Shown: piece by piece, positions 42,049 through 53,751 of the stretch | Layout of the letters: the number at the start of each line of letters is the position of its first letter | Numbering within the stretch: the first letter of the stretch is position 1 | NCBI GenBank assembly: GCA_963668645.2 | Contig: CAXXWC010000021.1 | Coordinates: 1,344,001-1,408,000, forward strand | Reading direction: 5' to 3' | DNA from: Desulfobacterales bacterium | GTDB taxonomy: Bacteria; Desulfobacterota; Desulfobacteria; Desulfobacterales; UBA2174 | DNA: 64,000 nucleotides | Notes under the pieces: generated by a model | Told to the model about the DNA's origin: nothing | Database searches by the model: none | Seen by the model: the letters and a program-made list of their open reading frames with translations, nothing else | Translations under genes and position numbers: made by a program

Positions 42049-42438
42049 TCATGATTCATCGAGAAAGATCGTCTCTCGGAGCAACGCCTCGAAACGGGCA
42101 TCTGCCAGCGGGATCCAGGGGCTGCAAGGATAGAAGTGGAAGGCGCCGCGCACTCCGGGGGTGAAAAGTTTGCCGGCACGAAGTGTCGGCGCCACCAATC
42201 GGTAACGATGGCCGGCCGCCAAATCGAGGATCAGGTCCACTTTGTCGTCATGATCCATCAAATCCATGAGCAAAGCGTTGATCAACTGCCCCGAGCCCTT
42301 GAGCTGGCGCTGGCCGACACCATCCAGATAGACCTCCACCACCGTCTTGCCCACCCGCACCCCATGACCGGAAGGGGTCCACAAAAAAGCCTGTTCAACG
42401 GTATATTCGCCTTCCTCGTAGGGAATCCATTGTTCCAT
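42049..42438 (-). CDS. Hypothetical protein
   Basis: 129-aa ORF with GGAG RBS-like sequence and protein-like composition. Confidence 0.6.
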   Translation of the reverse strand: MEQWIPYEEGEYTVEQAFLWTPSGHGVRVGKTVVEVYLDGVGQRQLKGSGQLINALLMDLMDHDDKVDLILDLAAGHRYRLVAPTLRAGKLFTPGVRGAFHFYPCSPWIPLADARFEALLRETIFLDES

Positions 42439-42673
42439 GGTCCGTCTTCTCCATTGATCTGAAAATCAGCCGCGTTTAAAGGCATTCTCAGCAGCCTGGA
42501 AATGCATCTTTTTGCCCATTGCGCGCCTGAACCGAAACCCATTTTCTCCAGTTAGATTTGCCAATGACTCAATGGATGGCTATAGTGCCGCCTATGCGAT
42601 AGACACGCCATTATACATCGGCCCGCAAGGCTGTACAAGGCCGCGCTGACGCTTCCACGCAGAGGACAAACCG

Positions 42674-42871
42674 ATGCAAGATAATGAAACCATGGATGAA
42701 ACCAGGATGTTCAACCTGATCAAGGCCGTAGCCGAGCAGAAAGGATGCCGCCTGGTGGATGTGGACTTTGAAAACCACACCATCAACATCGAGGGGCCGG
42801 AGGCGGCCCAGATGGATTGCGCCATGGCTCTGGAACGGCTGATGAACCCGGAAAATCAAAACATCAAGTAG
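42674..42871 (+). CDS. Small hypothetical protein
   Basis: 65 aa, AGAGGA upstream, typical codon usage. Confidence 0.65.
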   Translation: MQDNETMDETRMFNLIKAVAEQKGCRLVDVDFENHTINIEGPEAAQMDCAMALERLMNPENQNIK

Positions 42872-42882
42872 AGACCGGAAAG

Positions 42883-43623
42883 ATGGGGATCGTCCGAGGA
42901 CTGCGCTATAACTTGAGAGGACTGCGCCTGGCCCTGGGCAATGGCCGGCTTTTGACCCTGGGTCTGGTACGCCTGGCGGCCGTACTCGTCGCCACAGTGG
43001 TCGGCGCGGGCCTGGCCCTGACCTATCACGGGCCGCTGCTGGCTTCAATCTGGCCGCGCCCGGAAAGTATTTGGATCGTGTGGCTCTGGTTTCTGGCCTC
43101 CTGGATCCTGGCCCTGCTGCTCATCGCGGCGGCCGCCTTGGTCGGATACCTCGCAGCCCAGGTCCTCTTTGCCGTTTTTGTCATGGACATGATGAGCCGC
43201 TATACCGAGCGGATCGTCACAGGAAAAGAAGTCCCCCCACCCCAAATGTCCCTTTTGCGCTGGTTCATGTATCTGGTGGCCCAGGAGGTGCCGCGCGCCG
43301 TGGTCCCCCTGCTTTTGAGTCTGATCCTGCTGGTCTTGGGCTGGCTCATCACCCCTTTGGGGCCGTTTTTGGCGATCCTCTCGGCGGCGGTAGCGGCGGT
43401 ATGCATGGCCTGGGACTGTACCGACCTGGTCCCGGCCCGCCGCCTGGAACCCTTTGCGGCCCGCTTCGCACGTCTCAGGGCAAGCCTCGGCCTGCACCTC
43501 GGCTTCGGGCTCTGGTTTCTCGTGCCAGGACTCAACCTGATCTTCCTGGCCTACGCTCCGGTGGGCGGCACCCTTATGGCTTTGGAGGCCATTGCCGGAA
43601 AAACCGGAGAAGGCACCGTCTAG
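42883..43623 (+). CDS. EI24/CysZ-family membrane protein
   Basis: Multi-TM protein with MDMMSRYTER, AWDCTD and FGLWFLVPGLNLIFLAYAPVGGTL patterns; start moved to ATG 42883. Confidence 0.75.
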   Translation: MGIVRGLRYNLRGLRLALGNGRLLTLGLVRLAAVLVATVVGAGLALTYHGPLLASIWPRPESIWIVWLWFLASWILALLLIAAAALVGYLAAQVLFAVFVMDMMSRYTERIVTGKEVPPPQMSLLRWFMYLVAQEVPRAVVPLLLSLILLVLGWLITPLGPFLAILSAAVAAVCMAWDCTDLVPARRLEPFAARFARLRASLGLHLGFGLWFLVPGLNLIFLAYAPVGGTLMALEAIAGKTGEGTV

Positions 43624-43719
43624 CCCCGAAATCCCATCCCCCCTTTGCCGAGGCACTCACGGATACATGAAGAACCTCAGATGCAAAATAGGATACTTCC
43701 ACAACACAAGGAGTCTAAA

Positions 43720-44235
43720 TTGATTCTTTCTTTCCAAGGCAAAACCCCGGTGATCGGTAAAAACGTCTTTATCGCGCCCACGGCGGTGGTCATCGGCGAC
43801 GTGCAGATCGGCGACGATTCAAGCATCTGGTACGGCACGGTCCTGCGCGGAGATATGGCCCCGATCCGTATCGGCTGCCAGACCAACATTCAGGACAACA
43901 GCGTGGTGCATACCGATCACGGCCATCCGGCGACGATCGGCGACCGGGTCAGCGTGGGCCATCGCGCAGTGGTGCATGGCTGCACGCTGGAAGACGAGGC
44001 CTTGATCGGCATCGGCGCCATCGTGCTCAACGGCGCCCGGGTGGGTACGGGAGCGGTCGTGGCGGCCGGCGCGGTGGTACGCCAGGGCCAGCAAATTTCC
44101 CCGGGCGTGATGGCGGCCGGAATCCCGGCAGGGGTCAAAAGAGAAATCGCACCCGACGATGCCGAACGCTTCCGGCGTCCATACCGCAACTACGTTAACT
44201 TGGCCCAGGAACACCGAGCCTTGGAATTGAACTGA
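43720..44235 (+). CDS. Gamma carbonic anhydrase family (hexapeptide repeat) protein
   Basis: FIAPTAVVIGDVQIG..SIWYGTVLRGD..IGCQTNIQDNSVVH..VGHRAVVHGC; likely TTG start after AAGGAG. Confidence 0.92.
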   Translation: MILSFQGKTPVIGKNVFIAPTAVVIGDVQIGDDSSIWYGTVLRGDMAPIRIGCQTNIQDNSVVHTDHGHPATIGDRVSVGHRAVVHGCTLEDEALIGIGAIVLNGARVGTGAVVAAGAVVRQGQQISPGVMAAGIPAGVKREIAPDDAERFRRPYRNYVNLAQEHRALELN

Positions 44236-44339
44236 AGCGCCTTGCCTATTGAAATTCGAAGGTCCATTCGGTCGGTGCGCCCGTTTCCGGCTGCATGCCT
44301 GCAAAAAGCCGCATCCACCGCGGCCCGGATGAGGACAGC

Positions 44340-45095
44340 TTACGGCCCGGATTGCCCGATGAGATGGCGGATGACCTCGGCGGCCGCCGTCATCCCGAAA
44401 ATTGCAGGCATGTAAGAAATGCTTCCCAGCGGTTGGCGCTGGCGTCCGCGGGCGGCAGGCTCGACCGGTACGGAGGATGCCTCCTGTTGCGCGCGGGGCG
44501 CCTCGGTGGAAAAAACGCAGCGGATTCCGTCATAGATCCCCCTGCGGTGAAGCCGGCGGCGCATGATGCGTGCCAGGGGGCAGACCTCGGTGCGGGACAG
44601 ATCGGCCACTCTAATAAAGGCCGGATCGAGGCGGCAGGCTGCTCCCATGCTCGATACGGTAAAGATGCCCTGGCGCCGGGCTGCGGCCAGAAGTTCGACC
44701 TTTGAATTGACCCCGTCGATGGCATCGATAACCGCATCCGGCATCGGATCGAGCAGACCGCCAACGGTCTCGGCATCCACGAACGCGCTTCTCAGATCGA
44801 CCCGGCAGTCTGAATGGATCTGCTGGACCCGCTGCAGAGCCGCCTCGGTCTTTAATTGCCCCAAGGTCGATTCAAGGGCCAGGATCTGACGATTGAGGTT
44901 GGTGGACTGAACCGTGTCGAAGTCCACCAGGCACAGGTGGCCAACCCCGGCCCGGGCCAGTGCCTCGACGGCAAAGCCACCCACGGCGCCCAAACCGAAA
45001 ACAGCCACCCGGGCTGTCTTCAAGCGTCCCGCAGTCTCGATTCCCACCAGTTGTTCGAGCCTGGCAAAGCGATTCACGGCCGGTTTCCTCGACAA
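44340..45095 (-). CDS. tcdA: tRNA threonylcarbamoyladenosine dehydratase (ThiF family)
   Basis: VAVFGLGAVGGFAVEALARAGVG, DFDTVQSTNLNRQ, VIDAID, SSMGAA, CPLARIMR, CVFSTE. Confidence 0.85.
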   Translation of the reverse strand: MSRKPAVNRFARLEQLVGIETAGRLKTARVAVFGLGAVGGFAVEALARAGVGHLCLVDFDTVQSTNLNRQILALESTLGQLKTEAALQRVQQIHSDCRVDLRSAFVDAETVGGLLDPMPDAVIDAIDGVNSKVELLAAARRQGIFTVSSMGAACRLDPAFIRVADLSRTEVCPLARIMRRRLHRRGIYDGIRCVFSTEAPRAQQEASSVPVEPAARGRQRQPLGSISYMPAIFGMTAAAEVIRHLIGQSGP

Positions 45096-45189
45096 AGGAA
45101 CTTAAACGGTTCAAAACGGCCTCAGGATCGGTTCTGCCGGCACCGGCAAACGGCCCCTTATCCGCAACATCCAACAGGAAACACCTCTA

Positions 45190-45987
45190 TTACGGCTCCT
45201 CCAGTACGCCGAAAAGACACCGGGCATTGTCGCCGGTCAGTTCGGCCGCGGCCGCCAGCCCAATCCCCCGGGCCAGGGCCACAGCCCGCAGTACCTCGAT
45301 GATGCAAGCCGGCTCGTTGTGAGGTCCTTTACAACCGGTGGGCAGGATATCCGGGCTGTCGGTTTCGATCAGCAGACGTCCGGCCGTCACCGTCCGGCAA
45401 GCTTCCATGGGCCGGCGGGCGTTGGGCCGGGTGATGCCGCCGGCAAAAGAGATCATCAACCCGCGCCGCTCCAGGACCGGCACCAGATCCGGAGAACCGC
45501 CGAAGGCGTGCATCAAACCGCCGGCCTCCAGCCCGCCCTCCCGTTCCAGGGTTTCCAGCAAGGGGCGCCAGGCCCGCCGGCAATGGATCGAGGCCGGCCG
45601 GCCGAGGCGGTTGGCCAGGCGCACCTGAAAGCGGAAAGTCTCGACTTGCAGCGGACGGGTCTCGGCCGGCAGGTGATGGTCCAGGCCGATCTCGCCGATC
45701 CCGCAGCGATGTTGCGTTGCCAGGTCCTCGAGCCGTTCGCGCCAGTCGCAGGTTCGCTTTTCCAGATACCACGGGTGCAAACCGATAGACGGGACCACCA
45801 TCTCGTGGTGCCGGGCCAGGTCCAAAACCGTCTGCCAGTCGCCCGGGTGGATCCCGCAGCACATAATCCGCCGCACCCCGGCGGCCCGGGCCCGATCGAG
45901 CACCCGTTCCAGACCCGGCCCCAGCCGATCATCCTGCAAGTGCGCATGAACGTCGTAAAGGCCACTGGCATGTGTATCGGATATCAT
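45190..45987 (-). CDS. TatD family hydrolase
   Basis: DVHAHL, GLHPWY, IGEIGLD, SIHCR, LMHAFGG, LLIETDSPD, NEP. Confidence 0.93.
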   Translation of the reverse strand: MISDTHASGLYDVHAHLQDDRLGPGLERVLDRARAAGVRRIMCCGIHPGDWQTVLDLARHHEMVVPSIGLHPWYLEKRTCDWRERLEDLATQHRCGIGEIGLDHHLPAETRPLQVETFRFQVRLANRLGRPASIHCRRAWRPLLETLEREGGLEAGGLMHAFGGSPDLVPVLERRGLMISFAGGITRPNARRPMEACRTVTAGRLLIETDSPDILPTGCKGPHNEPACIIEVLRAVALARGIGLAAAAELTGDNARCLFGVLEEP

Positions 45988-46056
45988 GGCATCCCTTTGA
46001 TCAATTTATACGCACCGAGCAAACCGATCCATACTTAAGGGGGCCTCCCCCCGGGT

Positions 46057-46767
46057 TCAGATCATGATCCCCTGCTCGGCCAGCTCCCGGTTGATCCTTT
46101 CGGCCCATCCCCGGTTGGCCACCGGATTGGCCGGGCTCGGATGGGTGATCCGCCCCACCCGGATCTCGGTGCCGGACAAGGCGGCACGCGCCCGGTCGGC
46201 GGCAAAACGCCCCACCCCGATGACATGCCGCGGTGCCAGCAAAACCGCCAACCGGACCAGGGCTCGGTCGCAGGCCGATTCCAGGGTGCGGCGTTCGGCG
46301 ACCGGCAGTTGATTGGGGGTACGGTTGCGGCCCGAAGCCTCCATAAAAACCAGAGGGCAGTAGTTGGCCACGAAGAAACGGGCGAAAAAATGCTCCGGCG
46401 TGGCGAAGGTCTTTTGGGCCCATCCCCAAAGCCGCCGGCCCGAAACCTCGCTGCGGCGGCAGGCCAGCCCCTCGATGGGACGCTTGGGATGAACCCGTAC
46501 CGGGGCCTGGACCGGGGTCTGCAACCCGAGCCAGCCGGTCACCGCAGCCACCTCGCCAAAGGGCACTCCGGTCTGAATCATGCCCCACGGCCCGGGGTTC
46601 ATGCCGAGCAGAACCAGTTCCCGCGGCCCGGCGCCATAACGTTCGGCGTAAGCCAGGTAGGCCTCCCGGGCATAGTCCAGTGGATTGTAGATCCAGGCCA
46701 CCGGGGCGGCAAAGGAAAGATCGGCAAGATCGCGGTTGAGCCGCTCGACGATTTCCCGATGGGTCAT
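46057..46767 (-). CDS. SMUG1-type (family 3) uracil-DNA glycosylase
   Basis: YNPLDYA, LGMNPGPWGMIQTGVPFG, SEVSGRRLWG, NYCPL, HPSPANP. Confidence 0.92.
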   Translation of the reverse strand: MTHREIVERLNRDLADLSFAAPVAWIYNPLDYAREAYLAYAERYGAGPRELVLLGMNPGPWGMIQTGVPFGEVAAVTGWLGLQTPVQAPVRVHPKRPIEGLACRRSEVSGRRLWGWAQKTFATPEHFFARFFVANYCPLVFMEASGRNRTPNQLPVAERRTLESACDRALVRLAVLLAPRHVIGVGRFAADRARAALSGTEIRVGRITHPSPANPVANRGWAERINRELAEQGIMI

Positions 46768-47288
46768 GGCACCTCGATTTGCATAGCCGCGGCAACGCTG
46801 ATCCGCTCAGGGGCCCCGGGCAGGTACCGGCGCACAAAAAGCCGGTTGACAGCGGCCAGAAGGGTGTTGAGCCGGTCCAGATCGATCGCCGCCCCGGCCG
46901 GAATGGGGGCGTCGGAAAAATCGTTGCGTCCGCAAGCGCCGAGCTGGAGGTCTTGGCCTCCCCGGATCAGCAGGGGCAGCCCCTGGGTGCGGCAAATCAC
47001 CGGACGCGCCGGATACAGGGCGCAGCGCCCGTCCCGGTCGAGCAGCGGGCAGTCCCCGTTTGGATCCGCGGCAGCGGCCCGGCGGCGCAGGGCGGTGGAT
47101 TGTTCGGGGGGCAATGCCTTGAGGGCCAGGGCCAGGCTGACGGCCTCTACTGGGAAAACCGAAATATGGCGGCAACAGTCGTTGCAGCCCGGTGCACATT
47201 GAAGCCTGTTGCCGAGCCGTTCGCGGCTGCGCTGCCACTGGGCGTCGACCTTGGCGGTCAGTTCGCGGTAGGATTTGAGGCCGTCCAT
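46764..47288 (-). CDS. YkgJ-family cysteine-cluster protein
   Basis: CAPGCNDCC..CPLL....CALYPARPVICR; start MDGLKS at 47288. Confidence 0.85.
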   Translation of the reverse strand: MDGLKSYRELTAKVDAQWQRSRERLGNRLQCAPGCNDCCRHISVFPVEAVSLALALKALPPEQSTALRRRAAAADPNGDCPLLDRDGRCALYPARPVICRTQGLPLLIRGGQDLQLGACGRNDFSDAPIPAGAAIDLDRLNTLLAAVNRLFVRRYLPGAPERISVAAAMQIEVP

Positions 47289-47301
47289 GCCGGAGCCTTT
47301 T

Positions 47302-47496
47302 TTAACCCTCGCTATCCCGGGAAGGGAGCCTCGACGGGCATTGCAGGCACTTGATCTTCTGCTGGGGATGAACGCACCCGCCTTCCCCGTGATGCGTATC
47401 GGTATCCGGATGCCGGTGTTGGCGCAGGGCCAATGCCGCAGCCATGAGGCCAAAGACACTCATCGCCGCCGCCAGGACCACCCAGAATGCATTCAT
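47302..47496 (-). CDS. Small membrane protein with His/Cys-rich tail
   Basis: AAGGAGG RBS; MNAFWVVLAAAMSVFGLMAAALAL followed by HRH..HH..C..CLQCP. Confidence 0.55.
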   Translation of the reverse strand: MNAFWVVLAAAMSVFGLMAAALALRQHRHPDTDTHHGEGGCVHPQQKIKCLQCPSRLPSRDSEG

Positions 47497-47680
47497 CGCC
47501 GCCTCCTTGCCATCGTTCGGTTTCCGCAGCGCCTCCATCGCAACCGGTTGTCGATTGACGCCGCAAACCGGGACGCCTATCCTAACACCGATCCGGCCGG
47601 AGTCAAAGATACCCGGGCGATTTGTCGTACCGTTTAAGCGGCCCGAAACGGCATTCCCGAAAGGTCACAGGTCATCAGAC

Positions 47681-48463
47681 ATGAACCGCAAATCCTTCAC
47701 GCTCCTTTACCGGGACCCTTACCTGGCGGCCTTCCACAAGCCGGCCGGCCTCCTGATGCATCCGAGCCGCATTGAATGCCACGCGCGGCACTTTGCCGTG
47801 CAATGGGCCAAGGAGATGCTCAACGCCCCGGTTTTCCCAGCCCATCGGCTGGATCGCGCCACCTCCGGGGTCCTGCTCTTTGCCTTGAGCACCGGGGTGG
47901 CCCGTTGTCTGGCCGCGTCTTTCCAGGGCCGTTCGGTGGCCAAAACCTACCTGGCCGTAGTGCGCGGCTACGCCCCGCCTGCAGGCCGCATCGACCACCC
48001 CCTTAAAGAGGCCCTGTGCAGGATCGCCGACGCCGACGTGGATCCCAACAAGGCGGCCCAGGCGGCGGTGACCGATTTCCAGTGCCTGGCCACGGTGGAA
48101 ATCCCCGAGCCGGTGGACAAGTATCCCACCTCCCGCTACAGTCTGGTGGCGGTCTGGCCCCGCACCGGCCGGCGCCACCAAATCCGCCGCCACTTGCGCC
48201 GCCTGGGCCATCCCATCGTCGGCGACACCAATTACGGCCAGGGGGTTCACAACCGTTTTTTTCGCCGCCGCTACGGCTCTAATCGGATGCTTCTGGCCGC
48301 CGTGGCCATCGCCTTGGATCATCCGATCAGCGGCCGGCGCCTATCGATCACGGCGCCATTGGAGGGTGAATATCAAAGTCTGATCGAACGGCTCGGGTGG
48401 GCCGACAGGGTGGCCGAATGGTATCGCGGGATGGCCGCGGATCATGCGTCTGCCATGGGATAA
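47681..48463 (+). CDS. truC: RluA-family pseudouridine synthase, TruC-like
   Basis: HKPAGLLMH, HRLDRATSGVLL, PTSRYSLV, TGRRHQIRRHL, HPIVGDTNYG..HNRFF. Confidence 0.85.
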   Translation: MNRKSFTLLYRDPYLAAFHKPAGLLMHPSRIECHARHFAVQWAKEMLNAPVFPAHRLDRATSGVLLFALSTGVARCLAASFQGRSVAKTYLAVVRGYAPPAGRIDHPLKEALCRIADADVDPNKAAQAAVTDFQCLATVEIPEPVDKYPTSRYSLVAVWPRTGRRHQIRRHLRRLGHPIVGDTNYGQGVHNRFFRRRYGSNRMLLAAVAIALDHPISGRRLSITAPLEGEYQSLIERLGWADRVAEWYRGMAADHASAMG

Positions 48464-48548
48464 GGGCCCTGCCGGAATTCCGGTCCAAAGATTCGTACCG
48501 CTGCGGCACGGACCCAAAAATGATGCCAAATAAAAAAGGAATCGGAAA

Positions 48549-49214
48549 ATGACCGCTGAACCGCGCATCGAAGTCTTGAAGATTCCCCCCTTTGACGTCA
48601 ACACCTACCTTGTCATCTGTCCGGATACCGATCAGGCGGCGGTGATCGATCCGGCGGGCCAGCCGCAGCGGATTCTGTCCCTGGCCAGGGAAAAAAACGC
48701 AAGGATCGCATTGATTCTCAACACTCACGGCCACGCCGACCACGTGCAGGCCAACGCACCGATCCGGACAGCCACCGGTGCGCCGGTGTGCATGCATGCC
48801 GAAGACGACCGTTTTTTCACCGATCCGCAGCACCGCGCTCAAATCGAGCGTGAATTGGGCCTGCCGGCGGCCCCGCCGGCCGACCGCCGCTTGGCCGACG
48901 CCGAGGTTCTGGAGCTTGGCATTTTGCGCATCCGGGTAATCCATACCCCGGGCCATACCCCCGGATCGATATGCTTTATGATCGGCAAGCACCTGTTCAC
49001 CGGCGACACTCTCTTCGTGGGTGACGTGGGCCGCACCGATCTGAGCGGCGGCTCCCTGGATCGGCTGATCGAATCGTTGGCCGCGCGCATCGTTTCACTG
49101 CCCCCGGACACCGTGGTGTGGCCGGGCCACGACTACGGCGAGACCCCGACTTCCACTATCGGCCGCGAATGCGTTGAAAACCCCTACATCACCGATTTTA
49201 TTTTGGATGGATGA
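48549..49214 (+). CDS. MBL-fold metallo-hydrolase (glyoxalase II-like)
   Basis: THGHADHV, HTPGHTPG, FTGDTLF, PGH. Confidence 0.93.
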   Translation: MTAEPRIEVLKIPPFDVNTYLVICPDTDQAAVIDPAGQPQRILSLAREKNARIALILNTHGHADHVQANAPIRTATGAPVCMHAEDDRFFTDPQHRAQIERELGLPAAPPADRRLADAEVLELGILRIRVIHTPGHTPGSICFMIGKHLFTGDTLFVGDVGRTDLSGGSLDRLIESLAARIVSLPPDTVVWPGHDYGETPTSTIGRECVENPYITDFILDG

Positions 49215-49296
49215 TTCGAAGGCAAAAGATTGCTGATTAGAAACAATTTATTGCCGCATCGCCCAAAAAAGCGACGGAGTCCCTGGCAGCCACCGC

Positions 49297-49324
49297 TTGA
49301 CATCGATGCGGGCATGATTATTAT
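49297..49324 (+). promoter_or_regulatory. Candidate sigma70 promoter upstream of groES
   Basis: TTGACA-N16-TATTAT. Confidence 0.5.
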
Positions 49325-49620
49325 TCCATCCAACTGTTGGAAACCTATACTTTTATTGCATCAGAGATGGGCTGTGAAAATATGACGTCACGGAGTAACG
49401 AATCGGCGTTATCAGATTTCTTCCGGCAGGACATTCCCGGCATCGACCTGACCGACCCAAATCCGGAACTTAGACGATTATTGAAACTCCACCGGCCTTG
49501 GGCCGCCACCTGACGTCGGCGGTGCGGCTCGGGCAAGTCGGAGGTCAAGACGATTGTGGCAAGCCGACCCCCGTCGGCGAAACGTTCTAAATCTAACAAT
49601 TGGTTGGAGGAAAGTGACCC

Positions 49621-51560
<1,940 letters not shown>

Positions 51561-51584
51561 TTCCCGGCGCAACTGCGCCTGAAC

Positions 51585-51632
51585 ATACGAAGGCCCCATG
51601 CACCGCCTGGTGCATGGGGCCTTCGTATTTTT
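51585..51632. terminator. Intrinsic terminator between convergent groEL and the sigma54 activator
   Basis: 20-bp perfect stem atacgaaggccccatgcacc / ggtgcatggggccttcgtat plus T tract. Confidence 0.9.
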
Positions 51633-53232
51633 AGACGCACCGGGCGCTCTTTCCGGAGAAGCGGCCGCCATCGACACGGCATGGATACACGCCCGCCGCC
51701 CGCCGGCCAAAGGGGATGCCCAGTTTGCGCATCCGGTGGCGCAGGGTGCCTGGATTGAGGCCGAGCCGGGCCGCCGCACCCGCCGGCCCCTCGATACGCC
51801 CGCCGGTGGCCTCCAGCACGCGGCGGATGTGTAGCCGCACGAGTTCGTCAAGGTTCAACACGTCGCTGTCGGCGTTCATCAGTGCCGGGGCATCCGTACT
51901 CTGCGGCGGGCCGAGAATTTCGGCGAAGTCCAGCGGGTTGTTGTCTGACAGGATGATGGCACGCTCAACGGCGTTTTCCAGTTCACGCACGTTTCCCGGC
52001 CACGGATAGTCCAGCAGCCGGTCGACGGCTCCGGGGGCCACCGGCGGGATCCGGCGCAGCCCCATCTCACGCGCCTTCTTGACGATGAAGCGCTGGACGA
52101 GGACAGGAATGTCGGCAGTGCGCTCGCGCAGCGGGGGCAGAACGATGGGAAACACCTTGAGCCGGAAGTAGAGATCCTCTCGAAACTGGCCGCGGGCGAC
52201 CATTTTTTCCAGATCTCTGTGGGTAGCCGAAATGATGCGGATGTCCACCCTGATCGGTGCCGTACCGCCAACCCGTTCGATGCGTTTTTCCTGCAGTACG
52301 CGCAACAACCTGACCTGAGCCTGCTGGTGCAGCTCGCCGATCTCGTCAAGAAAGATCGTACCGCCGTGGGCCCGTTCGAAGCGGCCGCGCCGGGTGGTGC
52401 TGGCGCCGGTAAATGCGCCGCGCTCATGGCCGAACAGCTCGCTGTCGACTAGCGACTCCGGGATGCCGCCGCAGTTGACCGTGACAAGGGGGCCGCTGTT
52501 GCGGGGCGAAAGATTGTGGATCGCCGTGGCGATCAGTTCCTTGCCCGTTCCGGTCTCCCCGAGCAGCAGGACCGGCGAGGAGAGCGGAGCCACATGCCGG
52601 ACCCGGTTCATCACATCCTTAAGACCAAAATCGGCGCCGATTATTTCCTCGCTGGCGTTTTTACGAAGCTCCTGACGCAGGTATTGATTGTCGTCCTTGA
52701 GCCGGTCGCGCAACTCTGCCGCCTTGCGGTAGCGCTGGCTGTTTGCCAGCGCGACGGCGGCCGGCTCGTTGACCATCTCCCAAAGGCGCACGTGTTCCCG
52801 GGTGTAGCGGCCCGTGCCGATGGCCCTGACATATAGGGCGCCGACCATCGCCCCCTCGATGATCAGACGGGCGGCGATCACCGAGGAGGCTGGCCAGTCA
52901 AGGATGCGGCCGACGCGGCTGAGGATCGGGTCCGCGTGCACATCGTTGGCCAGCCGCACCCGGATATGATTGCCGGCCGCCTCGATCTCGGCGCGCACCG
53001 GCTCGGGCATCACGGTGCTTTCACGGCGGAGCTGGCCCCCGGCAGCATCGGCGCTGGCCACCACCTCCACCGCCCCGGCCTCCGGCGCATAGACCACCAG
53101 AACCAGTTCATCGGCCGGCAGAAAGTCTCGCACGTATACCAGCACCTGGTTCAGGGCCTTGTCGATTTCCAAACTGCCGCAGATGCGCAGGGAAACCTCC
53201 CGAAAAAACTCCAGTTCAGCAGTCGATGTCAT
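51631..53232 (-). CDS. GAF-domain sigma54-dependent (Fis/NifA-FhlA-like) transcriptional activator
   Basis: GETGTGKE, ELFGHERGAFTGA, FLDEIGE, WPGNVRELEN, C-terminal HTH. Confidence 0.95.
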   Translation of the reverse strand: MTSTAELEFFREVSLRICGSLEIDKALNQVLVYVRDFLPADELVLVVYAPEAGAVEVVASADAAGGQLRRESTVMPEPVRAEIEAAGNHIRVRLANDVHADPILSRVGRILDWPASSVIAARLIIEGAMVGALYVRAIGTGRYTREHVRLWEMVNEPAAVALANSQRYRKAAELRDRLKDDNQYLRQELRKNASEEIIGADFGLKDVMNRVRHVAPLSSPVLLLGETGTGKELIATAIHNLSPRNSGPLVTVNCGGIPESLVDSELFGHERGAFTGASTTRRGRFERAHGGTIFLDEIGELHQQAQVRLLRVLQEKRIERVGGTAPIRVDIRIISATHRDLEKMVARGQFREDLYFRLKVFPIVLPPLRERTADIPVLVQRFIVKKAREMGLRRIPPVAPGAVDRLLDYPWPGNVRELENAVERAIILSDNNPLDFAEILGPPQSTDAPALMNADSDVLNLDELVRLHIRRVLEATGGRIEGPAGAAARLGLNPGTLRHRMRKLGIPFGRRAAGVYPCRVDGGRFSGKSARCV

Positions 53233-53406
53233 GGCGGCGCCCCTTTCGACGGTACTCTCTTGGCCAGGTTCAGAGCCCGAAATGGAGAAAACTGTCGCGG
53301 GGTGTAGAATATTCCAAGACTGAAAAATTTGACAGATTTATTCTGGCGCGTATGTCAGTTATATGACGATACCCGTCTAACAACATGATTTTTAAATATA
53401 TTTTAT

Positions 53407-53423
53407 TTGGCACGGTCTCCGCA
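53407..53423 (+). promoter_or_regulatory. Sigma54 (-24/-12) promoter
   Basis: TTGGCACGGTCTCCGCA (GG-N10-GC), preceded by an AT-rich IHF-like tract and a GTCA-N6-TGAC palindrome near 53354-53367. Confidence 0.75.
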
Positions 53424-53460
53424 AAGATGAGGTCAGGACTCGCGCAGAGGAGAAAGCCAT

Positions 53461-53751
53461 ATGGAATGGATCGACGTCATCCGGATTCGTTCTGCCCACG
53501 GCAACGGTGCATCTGTGGTGGCCAGAATGGATGAATGGGCCGCTTGCTGCCGTGGCATCCACGGATTGATTGCCGCGCGGGTCTATCGCAGCGCCGCCTA
53601 CGACTGCGATGCAAGCCTGCACCTGGTCTGGGAGACAACCACCCCACCACCCGGCGGCAGCGAATTGGCCCTGCGCATTTTCAGAGAGTTGGCCGGTCAG
53701 GGTCTGGTGGACCACGACGTGTGGATCGAAGCTAAAGGAGGTCTGAAATGA
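53461..53751 (+). CDS. Small hypothetical protein (possible dimeric alpha/beta-barrel)
   Basis: AGGAG RBS, lies directly after the sigma54 promoter, ATGA overlap with cstA. Confidence 0.7.
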   Translation: MEWIDVIRIRSAHGNGASVVARMDEWAACCRGIHGLIAARVYRSAAYDCDASLHLVWETTTPPPGGSELALRIFRELAGQGLVDHDVWIEAKGGLK

